A stretch of DNA of 64,000 nt, taken from the IMG/VR virus record IMGVR_UViG_3300020048_000044, positions 57,734-121,733 of that record; one strand, written 5' to 3'. Below are positions 46,296-56,956 of the stretch, piece by piece. Numbering within the stretch: position 1 is the stretch's first letter; every line of letters starts with the position of its first letter. Below the pieces are notes generated by a model. The model saw only the letters and a program-made list of their open reading frames with translations, was not told the DNA's origin and made no database searches. This DNA comes from a virus. The position numbers were made by a program, and so were the translations under genes.

Positions 46296-46976
46296 ATGGC
46301 GGTAGTTTATTTACATAGAAGAAATGATAATAACGAAGTATTTTATGTTGGCGTTGGACAAACAAAAGCAAGAGCTTATCAAACAAAAAATAGAAAAAAC
46401 AAATATTGGTTGAATATTACTAATAAAATTGGTTATTCTATTGAGATAATTGAAAACGATATAACATGGGAGAAAGCATGTGAAATCGAAAAATTATTAA
46501 TTAAAAATTTTGGTAGAAAAGATTTGAATGAAGGTAATTTAGTTAACTTAACCGATGGTGGTGAAGGTTTAAATAACCCGTCTGAAGAAACTAGGGCTAA
46601 GCTTAGATATGTTAGAAGTGATGAAATCAAAGAAAAATTAAGAAATTATCAATTAGGGAATAAACAAAGTGAGGAAACAATTAGAAAAAGACTTTCACAT
46701 GATTTTCATAATGATAAAGAATATAAAGAAAAAATAAGTAAAGCTTTATCTGGTGAAAATAATCCTATGAAAAAAGAAGAAAATAAAGAAAAATTAAGGA
46801 GACCAAAACCTAAAAGAACTGAAGAACATTGTAAAAAAATTAGTGAAGCTAAAAAAGGTAAAACTGCACATAATAAAAATAAACCAATGAAAAAATATGT
46901 TTGTGAAATATGTGGAAAAGAAATTGGTGGTGAATGGAATCTAAAACAACATATAGTTAAACATAATAAACAATAA
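46296..46976 (+). mobile_element. free-standing GIY-YIG-like homing endonuclease with NUMOD3-like repeats
   Basis: VYLHRR..VFYVGVG..RA; E..LI..GR..LVNLTDGGEG; SEET/KISEA repeats; C-terminal C2H2 finger. Confidence 0.85.
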
Positions 46977-47044
46977 ATTAAATAAAGCATCTAAATTAGA
47001 TGCTTTTTTTGTTTTACTTAATATTTATTAGAAAAGAAATAATT

Positions 47045-47290
47045 ATGGGAAAAATTAATGATATCTATAGTGTAATAGTTCCAGCACAAAGTGCTAATTT
47101 AACAGCACACACGTATACTGAAATTTATGGTGGTTCTGTTGGATGTACAATGGTTGTTAATGGGGTAACTATTAATATTGGTGCTGCTTCAAATATTGAT
47201 ATATTTGTTAAAACAATAAGCGGTGGTACTGGTTGTTATCTATTAGGTGATAATAAAGATGTTTATCTAGGTAGTCCGAATGTTGGTTAA
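47045..47290 (+). CDS. small late (probably structural) protein
   Basis: TATTTAT at 47022; beta-rich and Gly-rich. Confidence 0.75.
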   Translation: MGKINDIYSVIVPAQSANLTAHTYTEIYGGSVGCTMVVNGVTINIGAASNIDIFVKTISGGTGCYLLGDNKDVYLGSPNVG

Positions 47291-47344
47291 TTTTTAATAA
47301 TAACTAGATATTTATAATAAAATAAAACAAACAAAAAATATATT

Positions 47345-48025
47345 ATGAAAAAAGATAATAAAATTAATCCAATTGGCCTTAAAGGTAAAGAAATTAGTGA
47401 ACGTATGATTCAATTAATGGGTATATCACCTATTAACGAAAATCATAGAACATCAGTTGTTGAGTTAACTAAAATGGGACCAGATGGTAAAGCTTATGGT
47501 ATCGTAAGAGAAAATCATGAATATTATATTAAAACAAGCAATAAGACATCAAATCTTGTTACTGAAGATTTTACATATATCGGTGGTTTAATGAACAAAA
47601 AATCTGAAGCTTATGATTCATATTCTAAAGCAATCAAACATTTAAATCTTAAATTTAAATCGTTAGCTGAAGCTTATGGTGTTGGTGGTGATATTAATGT
47701 GTTTGAAAATGACAATTTATTAACTGAAAACGCTATTGCTGGTGGTTTTTCTGACATGCCTAAGGGTGGTGGATTTACTGGTGAAGGTAACTTAGAAGGT
47801 AATCAACCTTTAGAAGAAGAAACAGAAGAAATGTGTGATGAATGCGAATTAACTAAAGAAGAACAAGCTGTTGAAAGTATGTTGGATGATGAAGAAGAAG
47901 TTAAAGATGAAGAACCAATAACTGAACATAAGTTATCTATTCTTAGAGCTTTAGAAAACATGGATGCTATCATTGATACTCTTAGCGAAGGAAATATAAA
48001 AAAAAAAGTTTACACAATCAAGTAA
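47345..48025 (+). CDS. late protein, N-terminal part of a possible -1 frameshift fusion
   Basis: Acidic with INE/LTE motifs; ends in an A10 tract. Confidence 0.85.
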   Translation: MKKDNKINPIGLKGKEISERMIQLMGISPINENHRTSVVELTKMGPDGKAYGIVRENHEYYIKTSNKTSNLVTEDFTYIGGLMNKKSEAYDSYSKAIKHLNLKFKSLAEAYGVGGDINVFENDNLLTENAIAGGFSDMPKGGGFTGEGNLEGNQPLEEETEEMCDECELTKEEQAVESMLDDEEEVKDEEPITEHKLSILRALENMDAIIDTLSEGNIKKKVYTIK

Positions 48026-48042
48026 ACGAAGTTAAATATAAG

Positions 48043-48819
48043 TTGAAGCTTGCTGGTACACAACCTGTACCAGCAGAAGCTCCAGCTGATACATCCTTAG
48101 ACTTTGGTGGTTCTGAAGAAACACCAGCTCCAGCTATGGATGAACCAGCACAACCATCAGAGGAACCAGCTCCAGCTGACGATAAACCATTTGATGACAC
48201 ACCATTTGATGCTGGCGTAGAGGCTGACGAAGAATCAGACCCAAAAAAATACATCGAACAACTAACAGGTAAGTTAGGACAATCATTAAGAACTTATAAC
48301 GAAGAACAAGGGCAACCAGATTTAGAACTGGAAAAATTTGCCATTAATTCTTTATTATCTGCAACTCACACATCTGAAATGGATGCTGAGGACCAAAGAG
48401 ATATTATCAAAAAAGTTAAATCAGCTGGTGATAATGATTCTGAAGGTGGTAACGAACCAAGCGGTGACGAGGAACCAACTGGTGGGGAAGAAGATTTAAA
48501 TTTTGGTGATGATGATTTGGAAGAAAATATTTTAGAAGAAAAAGAGGAAGGGTTCTTGATTAAACCAAAAAAATTGAGTATATTTGCACCAGAAGGTAGC
48601 GAAGAAGCTAAATTCAAACATAAAATCGTGGAAAAGCTTCACGAGACGTTTAATCAAGAAGATATGAATTCTGAACCAATGATTGCACCTGTTGTTAAAC
48701 CAACACCAGAAGTGGCACCATCACCAGAAAAGGTGAAACCTAACATTGCTCCAAGTAGAAAAAACAAACCATTTCTACCAATGCCTAACGTACAACCAGA
48801 CCCAAAAGCTATTAAATAA
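48043..48819 (+). CDS. acidic late protein, probably read through the frameshift at 47998-48007
   Basis: Frame is open from the A10 tract; no ATG near the 5' end (track start is TTG). Confidence 0.8.
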   Translation: MKLAGTQPVPAEAPADTSLDFGGSEETPAPAMDEPAQPSEEPAPADDKPFDDTPFDAGVEADEESDPKKYIEQLTGKLGQSLRTYNEEQGQPDLELEKFAINSLLSATHTSEMDAEDQRDIIKKVKSAGDNDSEGGNEPSGDEEPTGGEEDLNFGDDDLEENILEEKEEGFLIKPKKLSIFAPEGSEEAKFKHKIVEKLHETFNQEDMNSEPMIAPVVKPTPEVAPSPEKVKPNIAPSRKNKPFLPMPNVQPDPKAIK

Positions 48820-49232
48820 TGAAAGATTTATTTTTAATTTATATTAATATGGTTGGTAAGGATTATAAAAATAATTTCATTTATGAATTTATTTTTTCCG
48901 ATACAGTAACCGATATTGATGGTGAAGATTGGGATACATACCCAGCATCTGGGAGACCAGAACCACCTAATGAAGGCTTTATTAAAAAGGTTGGTAAATT
49001 AGAATCTGAATTAAAACTAGATGTAATCCAAAATAGTGATACATTTGCTGTTTGGGATGCTGTTGATGGTGTAATAGCTTTAGCTTGGGAAAATATAAAT
49101 GCTTATGATTCTTATCCAGAACATAGGCTATGTTTCAAATTTGGCGAAACAATTAAAAGTGTTGAGGACAAATTATATGAAAAAGACATAATATTGAAAT
49201 ATAATAAACAATTACATGAAAAAGAAAACTAA
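48819..49232 (+). CDS. hypothetical late protein
   Basis: TAATG coupling. Confidence 0.85.
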   Translation: MKDLFLIYINMVGKDYKNNFIYEFIFSDTVTDIDGEDWDTYPASGRPEPPNEGFIKKVGKLESELKLDVIQNSDTFAVWDAVDGVIALAWENINAYDSYPEHRLCFKFGETIKSVEDKLYEKDIILKYNKQLHEKEN

Positions 49233-50298
49233 CGAGGCTCTTAATGTTACAACAAAACAACTAGCAGACCCTACAATACAAAAAACATTAAAAACAACGC
49301 TTAAAGATGTTCCAGTTAATATCACTGATAAAGCAGCAAAAACTGACTCAATGAAAGATACTAATATTACATCTATGGCTATGCAGTTAGAAGAAGGTAA
49401 TCCAGAGGCTATTATTCAACCACAAGATAAAGAAACAATCAAGTATCTTTCTAATGTAGTTGACCCTAATACTGGTGAAATTTCTAAACCTTTCAATATT
49501 GATGGTAAAAATTATCAAATGGTTAGAGGGGTTACTCCAACTAAAGAAATCGTTATTGCAGTTCTTTGTCATGATGAAACTGATAACCATGGTGAAAAAT
49601 TAATTCACCCAGTTGATGAATTTGAAAAGAATATCGCTATTCCTATGCTTCAAAAAGAAAAAGAAATGGCTAGTAGTATGGTTGAAGAGCTAAGTAACAA
49701 AGCTAAAGAAACATATGAAGGCCATAAACATTTTTTAGTTCATAGAGAAACCAATGAAGTTCGTAAGTTTAAAACAACTAGAGATTTAGTATCTGCTGGC
49801 AAAATAGATGAAGAAGATTATATGGGTCTAAAAGAATTTAGACAACACATGAATGAAAAAATGTTTGGTAAAACAAAAAGAATAAATGAACTTGACCCAG
49901 CAGCTCCAGTAGCAGCTCCAGCGGCTCCAGCGGTAGCAGATGATGAGAATGATGATGTGAAAATGAATCAAAAGGCTAAAAAATTAATGGTTTTAATTTC
50001 TAAAAGAATACCAGAAAATGTTATAACAACTATTAAAACTCCTGTAGCTAAAAGAGAAGTTATTGCGGCATTCGCTGAACTTATTGGTGTTCCTAGAAAT
50101 CAATTAACAAAATTAATTACTGGTTTAAAAGATTTATCTAAAGCTGGCGTTACTGCCCCAGCAACAGCAGCAACAGCAGCTCCAGCAGCAGCAACAACAC
50201 CATTAACTGAAAAAAGGATAATAACTAAACAAGAATTAACTGAATTTTTACAAGAGAGAAAAGTTATAAAAACGTTTAAAATTAAAGATATAAAATAA
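49216..50298 (+). CDS. hypothetical late (head-related?) protein
   Basis: Ala/Pro linkers; INE/LTE motifs. Confidence 0.8.
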   Translation: MKKKTNEALNVTTKQLADPTIQKTLKTTLKDVPVNITDKAAKTDSMKDTNITSMAMQLEEGNPEAIIQPQDKETIKYLSNVVDPNTGEISKPFNIDGKNYQMVRGVTPTKEIVIAVLCHDETDNHGEKLIHPVDEFEKNIAIPMLQKEKEMASSMVEELSNKAKETYEGHKHFLVHRETNEVRKFKTTRDLVSAGKIDEEDYMGLKEFRQHMNEKMFGKTKRINELDPAAPVAAPAAPAVADDENDDVKMNQKAKKLMVLISKRIPENVITTIKTPVAKREVIAAFAELIGVPRNQLTKLITGLKDLSKAGVTAPATAATAAPAAATTPLTEKRIITKQELTEFLQERKVIKTFKIKDIK

Positions 50299-51611
50299 TG
50301 AGAGATTATAAAAAAATTGCTGAAGAAGCTTTAAAAAAAGCCCAAGAAGGAAAACAAAAAAAACGTTTAAATGAAAATGTTGTTTATCCAGAAGGATTAA
50401 CCGAAAGAATGCATCCTCAATTAGAAGATGAAATAGCTAATGATTTACATTCTTTAGGTAAAGACCATCCATGTATTCCAAGTACTGATGATGGGTTATT
50501 CGTTCAAACAATTATGGGTGAACGTTTTAATGAAGTTACTAAACGTTATAAAAGAGCTTATGACGTTGATTCTATTGATGCTATTCAAGTTATGCGTAAT
50601 ACGTTACCATTGCTTAAAGATACAATTATGATTGAATCTAAAAACAAAAGAGCACTAGAAAAATTAGCTATTCAAATGATTCGTGAAGAATATGATATGG
50701 ATGAAGATACTGTTGAAATTCATGCAGAATTAACTGAAAATATTAATATGGAGGGTACAAAGAAAAACCCTAAACCAGTTAATATAGATATGGAATTTAA
50801 AAACCATGATGAAATTATTAATGCTAATGAAGAAGTACGTAAAAGAAGATTTCTTAACGCAATGATTCAAGGTGCCGCAAAAAAATGTTCACATATGTTT
50901 CATATGGTAGACGATGAATTAACTGATATTGACCCTAAATTGCCTAATAAATACGCTAAGTTAATGGCAGCTGCTGATTATACTTATTATTTGGTCCCAC
51001 CAATGCATGATGAAGAAAAAGGTTCAATCAATGGTGGTGTAGTACACGTTCAATTTCCTACAACTGAAAACCCTAAAGCCATTATCACAGCACAAGCTAT
51101 GGTATTCCCAGTTCTTATTCATGAACTAGTTAAGGGTGTTATGGAAATATTATCAGCACATGGTTTACCTAAAAACAAAAAGATTGGTAAATATGTAATC
51201 AATAAAGCTGATTATTTAGGTGCTGAACCATGGGATATGAGAATAGGTCCAGCAATTTGGGAAAAATTTTCAGAAGCAATAGACCCAGATGATTTTAACC
51301 TAAAACACCATATATATTCTGAATTAGCTGCATTACCTGTAAGAGAATTTAATAGAGCTATGAAAGAAATTTTATCTGGGACCAAAGAAGGTAAAGGTAT
51401 AATTAAAAAAATCGTTCATGATGTTAGAATAGGATTACAAGCTGATGAATTCAATGAAGCAATGAATGAAGTTTCTGAAAAAGAAAACCCAACACAAATT
51501 GGTGGAAATCAAACATTTGAACTAAATGATTTATTGGGGAGTGATGGTAGTGAATCAAATCCAGAAGATGAGGGTGAAGATACTGGTTGGAACATCGAAG
51601 AATTATTTTAA
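50298..51611 (+). CDS. hypothetical late protein upstream of terminase
   Basis: 437-aa ORF; LNE motif; PVLIHELVKG. Confidence 0.85.
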   Translation: MRDYKKIAEEALKKAQEGKQKKRLNENVVYPEGLTERMHPQLEDEIANDLHSLGKDHPCIPSTDDGLFVQTIMGERFNEVTKRYKRAYDVDSIDAIQVMRNTLPLLKDTIMIESKNKRALEKLAIQMIREEYDMDEDTVEIHAELTENINMEGTKKNPKPVNIDMEFKNHDEIINANEEVRKRRFLNAMIQGAAKKCSHMFHMVDDELTDIDPKLPNKYAKLMAAADYTYYLVPPMHDEEKGSINGGVVHVQFPTTENPKAIITAQAMVFPVLIHELVKGVMEILSAHGLPKNKKIGKYVINKADYLGAEPWDMRIGPAIWEKFSEAIDPDDFNLKHHIYSELAALPVREFNRAMKEILSGTKEGKGIIKKIVHDVRIGLQADEFNEAMNEVSEKENPTQIGGNQTFELNDLLGSDGSESNPEDEGEDTGWNIEELF

Positions 51612-51709
51612 ATACTATAAAACAAACACTTAAAAGGGCCAATTGGCCCTTTTGTTGTTTACACTAATCATTTTTCCAGTATTTTGGTATATTTATAAGA
51701 AAAAAGATT

Positions 51710-53503
51710 ATGTTAACAACTAATGAAATATTCAAAGAATATGTTAAATGCCTAACGAGTCCAATATATGCTATTGAGACTTATCTAGAAACATTTGACA
51801 AAACGCAAGAAGGTTTTGTACCTTTTAGACTTTTTCCAAGACAGAAAGAAATTATACACGCATATGAATTACATAGATTTAATTTAGTAACTAAACCTAG
51901 ACAGGCTGGTGTATCAACTACAACTGCTGCTTATATGTCAATCAAGGTAGGATTTGCGGATGAACAAAACCCAGAAGCAGTTCTAATCATCGCTAATAAA
52001 CAAGAGTTAGCTTTCGAGTTCTTAGCTAAGATTAAAGACTTTTTAGCACAATTACCAAGATGGGTTTGGGGTCATGAATACTATGGCAACGAAAAAAATG
52101 AATCTAAATCAATATTCCTTACTGACTCTAAAAAAGAAATTAAATTACCTAATGGTAGTCGTGTTAAAGCGGTTGCAACATCTAAGGATGCGTTAAGAGG
52201 TTTTACACCTACTTATCTTGTAATGGATGAGGCTGCATATATTGATAATGGTGATGAAGTATTTGGTGCTGCTTTAACAGCGTTAGGTACTGGGGGTAAA
52301 GCTACTCTAATCTCAACACCAAAAGGTATGGATAAATTATATTACAAAACATACGACCAAGCTAAACAAAAGAAAAACAATTTCAATATCATTGAAATGA
52401 AATGGTATGAAGACCTTAGATACAATAAAGATTTAAGATGGTATAAAGGGGACGAAGTTATTGTTGAAACTGAATTTACATTTGATTCTTATAACAGAAT
52501 GGTAGCTGATGGCTATAAACCAACATCTTCATGGTATGAAGAAATGTGTTTAGGTATGAATAATGATGCTAAGATGATTGCACAAGAATTAGATGTATCG
52601 TTTGTAGGTTCTGGTGGTAATGTAATCAATGATGAGTATATAGATTTCCAAGTTAAAAATAACGTAATGGAACCAAAGTTCACTTATGGTGTTGAAAATG
52701 AAATTTGGGTTTGGGAAGAACCACAAGATGGCCATCAATATGTAATGGGCGTTGACGTTTCGAGAGGTGATGGTGAGGATGCTTCAACAATGGTAATAGT
52801 AGATTTTACAACGATGGAACAAGTAATGGAATATCAAGGTAAGATACAACCAGATTTACTTGCTCAAATAGTGGAAGAATACGGCAATTTATACAAGGCT
52901 TATACCGTAGTTGATATAACTGGTGGTATGGGTGTTACAACTGTCTTAAAACTGCTAGAATTCGATTATAAGAGGTTACATTATGATAGTGTTGGTGGCA
53001 AGATTCTTTCGGCTAGACAAAGAGAATTAACATCGCATTTTAAGGACACAAAAACTCCAGGTTTTCAAGCAACCAATGTTCGTCTTCCGATGATTGCTAA
53101 TTTAGAATTTAAAATTAGAACCAATGGTATTAAAGTACGTTCAGTTAGATTAACCTCTGAAATGAAAACTTTTATTTACAAGAATGGCCGTCCAGACCAT
53201 CAAGACGGATATCATGATGACTTATTAATGTCATTGGGTATGGCTTTATGGGTTGTAGAACATTCATTTAAAAACTTAGAAAAATTAGAAAAACAAAACA
53301 AAGCTATTTTAAATGCTTGGTTAGGTAGTGCTAACGCACAAAAAACACAAGAAGAACTTAATCTAGAAACTGGTAGCGGTTTTGTTCCTAAAGATAGTAG
53401 AAATAAGGCAGCATTGCCAAAGCCAAAATTTAGCCCTACAGTAGCAAAAAATATGCAAGACCCAACTGGTCAATACTTATGGTTATTTAGCGGTTCAAAA
53501 TAA
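51710..53503 (+). CDS. terminase large subunit (T4 gp17-like)
   Basis: KPRQAGVST Walker A, LVMDEAA Walker B, LISTP.G, GVDVSRG, DDLLMS nuclease. Confidence 0.95.
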   Translation: MLTTNEIFKEYVKCLTSPIYAIETYLETFDKTQEGFVPFRLFPRQKEIIHAYELHRFNLVTKPRQAGVSTTTAAYMSIKVGFADEQNPEAVLIIANKQELAFEFLAKIKDFLAQLPRWVWGHEYYGNEKNESKSIFLTDSKKEIKLPNGSRVKAVATSKDALRGFTPTYLVMDEAAYIDNGDEVFGAALTALGTGGKATLISTPKGMDKLYYKTYDQAKQKKNNFNIIEMKWYEDLRYNKDLRWYKGDEVIVETEFTFDSYNRMVADGYKPTSSWYEEMCLGMNNDAKMIAQELDVSFVGSGGNVINDEYIDFQVKNNVMEPKFTYGVENEIWVWEEPQDGHQYVMGVDVSRGDGEDASTMVIVDFTTMEQVMEYQGKIQPDLLAQIVEEYGNLYKAYTVVDITGGMGVTTVLKLLEFDYKRLHYDSVGGKILSARQRELTSHFKDTKTPGFQATNVRLPMIANLEFKIRTNGIKVRSVRLTSEMKTFIYKNGRPDHQDGYHDDLLMSLGMALWVVEHSFKNLEKLEKQNKAILNAWLGSANAQKTQEELNLETGSGFVPKDSRNKAALPKPKFSPTVAKNMQDPTGQYLWLFSGSK

Positions 53504-53514
53504 ATTATAAAGTT

Positions 53515-53766
53515 ATGGGATTTTCAACAAAAACTAGAGTATTTACCACTAAATCATATGGTATTGATGCTTACACTTGGTCACCGCAACCAACTAATGA
53601 TGCGGTAGCTAAAACAAGTCTAAAACAAAAAAGACCATTTTTTTGTTCAGCTGTTGCTGGGTCGAATGGTGAAGATTGGATATCAACGTATTCATATAAT
53701 GCTGTTGTCAATGAAGGTGGTGTTTTAACAAAAGAAGCTTATGTTGAATGTGATTATGTTCAATAA
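53515..53766 (+). CDS. hypothetical protein
   Basis: Between terminase and portal. Confidence 0.7.
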   Translation: MGFSTKTRVFTTKSYGIDAYTWSPQPTNDAVAKTSLKQKRPFFCSAVAGSNGEDWISTYSYNAVVNEGGVLTKEAYVECDYVQ

Positions 53767-53809
53767 CCTTTAAAAAAATAAAAAAAAGAGTATATTTAGA
53801 ATAAAAAAT

Positions 53810-55894
53810 ATGGCAGACAATAAAAATTTAACAATATTTCAAAAATTAGGTCAAGTTCTTGGTCCAGATGGTTTTAAACAAAAACCACAAACTCAAACAC
53901 AAAGATATAATATCGGAAATGGTGAACTTCTTAAAACAGATAACAAGGCTGAATATGAAAGAGCTAAGTTACAAGCACAACAAAATAAATATTTAGGTCA
54001 AACTTGGAAGAAGGTTGAAAATGGTTTATTCCAACAATCAATCAATTATGAAACAACACGTGTTGGTTCATATGCCGATTTTGAAGCGATGGAGTTCTAC
54101 CCAACAATAGCAGCCGCTTTGGATGTTATGATGGAAGAATCAACTACGCTTAATGACCAAGGTAGAATGCTTAATGTTTACTCAGATAGTAAAAGAGTTA
54201 AAGGTATATTAGAAGACCTATTTTTTAATAGACTTGATTTACATACATCATTACCAATGTTTACTAGAAATACTTGTAAATATGGTGATAATTTTGTGTA
54301 TTTAAACATCGATGAAAAGAACGGTATAGTAGGTGCAAAACAAATGCCTAATTATGAAATGGAACGCAGAGAAAGCGGTTTATTTGATATGATTTCTGGT
54401 AGAGATACTGTTAGAGATGAAGATGATAAAAATGGTGCTGATAAGGTTAAATTCTTTTGGAGAGGTCGTGATGTTGAATTTAATTCATGGCAAATTGCTC
54501 ACTTTAGATTATTAGGTGATGATAGACGTTTACCTTATGGTACATCAGTTCTAGAAAAATCTAGACGTGTTTGGAAACAATTATTGTTATCTGAAGATTC
54601 AATGCTTGTTTATCGTGTAACTCGTGCCCCAGAAAGACGTGTTTATAAAATATATGTTGGTAATATTGCAGATGATGATGTTGAAGCATACGTAAATGCA
54701 ATTGCCGATAGGTTTAAACGTATGCCTATCGTTGACCCTAAGACTGGCCAAATGGATTTAAGATTTAATCAACTTTCAAATGACCAAGATTATTTTATCC
54801 CAGTAAGAACTGAAGATGCCCCAAACCCTATTGATACACTTCCAGGTGCCAGTAACTTAGACCAAATAGCTGATATCGAATATCTTAGAAGTAATTTATT
54901 TACATCATTAAGAGTACCTAAGCCATTCTTAGGGTTTGATGAAGCGAATGGTGATGGTAAAAACTTAGCATTACAAGATATTCGTTTTGCAAGAACTATT
55001 AACAGAATACAACAAGCTATGTTACAAGAGCTTAATAAAATAGCTATTATACATTTATACATTCTTGGTTTTGATGAAGATTTAGATAATTTTACACTTA
55101 CACTTAATAATCCATCAACACAAGCTGAAATGCTTAAGATTGAGCACACACAAACCAAAGTTACTTTATTCAAAGATGCAACTAGTGATATTGGAAATGG
55201 TTTTGCGGCTATGTCAATGACACGTGCACACAGAGAAATATTTGGTTGGTCTGATGATGAAATCAAACAGGATTTACTTGAACAACGTATGGAAAAAGCA
55301 GCTGCGGCTGAATTGGCCAACACTGGTAATGTTATTAAACATACTGGTATGTTTGATGTTGTTGATAGAATCTATGGTGATTATCAACTTGCTCTTAACG
55401 GTGGTGCTGCTGGTGAAGGTGGTGCTGCATCTGCTGAAGGCGAAGGTGGCGGTGCCACTGGTGGTGGAGGCGGTGGCGGTTCATTCGGTGGAGGTGGCCT
55501 AGGTGGTGAAGATTTAGATTTTGGTGGTGAAACTGAAGGTGAAGCTGAAGGTGGTACTGAGGCTGGTGCTGAAGGTGGTGCTGAGCTTGGTGGAGAAGCT
55601 GGTGCTGAAACTGAACCAGCGGCAACAGAAACCGCACCAGCAGAAACTGAACCAGTAGCTGAAACAGTTAGAAAAGCCGAAAAATTATTAACAGAACAAA
55701 AAAAGATATTAACTAAAAAAATAGAAGAAAGAAATAAGAAATATCAGAACAGATTTGTTGATTTACTAGTGGAGTCGGTAAAACCTAAAAATGAGAATAA
55801 AGACGAAAAAACAAAAATATACGACAAGAATATTAAGATAAATAAAGAAATCAATAGCATGATTAGTGATATTGACAAAATCTTAGAGGAATAA
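53810..55894 (+). CDS. portal protein (T4 gp20-like)
   Basis: PYGTSVLE..RRVWKQL.L.ED.MLVYRVTRAPERRV; DYFIP; L..SLRVPK; Gly/Glu-rich tail. Confidence 0.93.
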   Translation: MADNKNLTIFQKLGQVLGPDGFKQKPQTQTQRYNIGNGELLKTDNKAEYERAKLQAQQNKYLGQTWKKVENGLFQQSINYETTRVGSYADFEAMEFYPTIAAALDVMMEESTTLNDQGRMLNVYSDSKRVKGILEDLFFNRLDLHTSLPMFTRNTCKYGDNFVYLNIDEKNGIVGAKQMPNYEMERRESGLFDMISGRDTVRDEDDKNGADKVKFFWRGRDVEFNSWQIAHFRLLGDDRRLPYGTSVLEKSRRVWKQLLLSEDSMLVYRVTRAPERRVYKIYVGNIADDDVEAYVNAIADRFKRMPIVDPKTGQMDLRFNQLSNDQDYFIPVRTEDAPNPIDTLPGASNLDQIADIEYLRSNLFTSLRVPKPFLGFDEANGDGKNLALQDIRFARTINRIQQAMLQELNKIAIIHLYILGFDEDLDNFTLTLNNPSTQAEMLKIEHTQTKVTLFKDATSDIGNGFAAMSMTRAHREIFGWSDDEIKQDLLEQRMEKAAAAELANTGNVIKHTGMFDVVDRIYGDYQLALNGGAAGEGGAASAEGEGGGATGGGGGGGSFGGGGLGGEDLDFGGETEGEAEGGTEAGAEGGAELGGEAGAETEPAATETAPAETEPVAETVRKAEKLLTEQKKILTKKIEERNKKYQNRFVDLLVESVKPKNENKDEKTKIYDKNIKINKEINSMISDIDKILEE

Positions 55895-55937
55895 AGGCTT
55901 TTTCGCAAAATAATGATATTTATTAAAAAGAACAAAC

Positions 55938-56708
55938 ATGAAAAATTTTGGTAAAATAAATAATATTTTTAATTTCACATTAGCTGAAGGTATGGTTTCT
56001 AAAAACGATAATACTAAATTATTGTTTAAGAATTATATTAAGGCTATTAAAGAAAATGTAATATTAAGAACACAATTTTTAGTGTATGATAACATTGAAA
56101 ATATGGTTGAAGAAAATGAGTTTAAAGCAACACAGTTTGTTCAAGAAAACATTGCACTTATGTCTAAGTTTTCAAAAAAAGATATATTAGAAGCAAATGC
56201 TAACTTAGTTAAACCAGTGTTATCAGAACAAGCTATTAGCTACGAAAAAGAAACATTACACGAAAATATAGCTAAATTAATCTTTGCTAAAAAAAGTGCT
56301 AAAAACATCAATGAAATGATTGATTGCACTAGTAAGATTGTTGAATATATAAAATCGAATAAAGAAAAAGAAATAATTGAAACAATTGATTTACCCATGA
56401 GTATGTTATCGACTATAATGGTTGATAAATACAACGAAAAATACTCAGAACTTAGTGAATCTGAACGTAAAATGCTTAAGGTACTTATTGAATCAACTGA
56501 AGAAGAAAAGAAAAACATTTATTCTATAACAATTAGAGAATGTATTGATTTGATTGATAGTAAGTTTAAAACAGCTGATTTAGATTCAAAAGACAGACTA
56601 TTACGAGTTAAGGATAAATTGTTAAATGATAAAATAGAAATAGATGAAAATTTTACAAATAACCTTTCCAAATTAGTAGAACTTAAGGAAACTTTATTGG
56701 AGGGATAA
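55938..56708 (+). CDS. helical hypothetical head-module protein
   Basis: TATTTAT at 55917. Confidence 0.85.
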   Translation: MKNFGKINNIFNFTLAEGMVSKNDNTKLLFKNYIKAIKENVILRTQFLVYDNIENMVEENEFKATQFVQENIALMSKFSKKDILEANANLVKPVLSEQAISYEKETLHENIAKLIFAKKSAKNINEMIDCTSKIVEYIKSNKEKEIIETIDLPMSMLSTIMVDKYNEKYSELSESERKMLKVLIESTEEEKKNIYSITIRECIDLIDSKFKTADLDSKDRLLRVKDKLLNDKIEIDENFTNNLSKLVELKETLLEG

Positions 56709-56729
56709 TCTAAATAAAAATTATTTAAT

Positions 56730-56954
56730 ATGACAAATGTTCCAAATGATAATATTCTTAAATTAAGGGTATTATCTGAAAAGATTTCACAATCAGACTC
56801 AAATCAATACAAAACGATTGTGAGACAAATGAAAACTATTGTTGAAAACGGCAAACATGAATTGGAAAATGAAATTTCTGATAAAGATAAAGTTGCTTGT
56901 TACGAAACAATGTGTGTATCAATAATGAATTTATTAAAAAATGTTAGGGTTTAA
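56730..56954 (+). CDS. hypothetical protein
   Basis: ORF in late operon. Confidence 0.7.
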   Translation: MTNVPNDNILKLRVLSEKISQSDSNQYKTIVRQMKTIVENGKHELENEISDKDKVACYETMCVSIMNLLKNVRV

Positions 56955-56956
56955 TT

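Noticed and set aside
51710-53503. Intein or intron in the terminase
   Set aside because: 597 aa with contiguous ATPase and nuclease motifs; no insertion evident.
55395-55660. GGT/GAA-rich repeats in the portal and scaffold genes as DNA repeat elements
   Set aside because: Explained by Gly/Glu/Ala low-complexity protein linkers.
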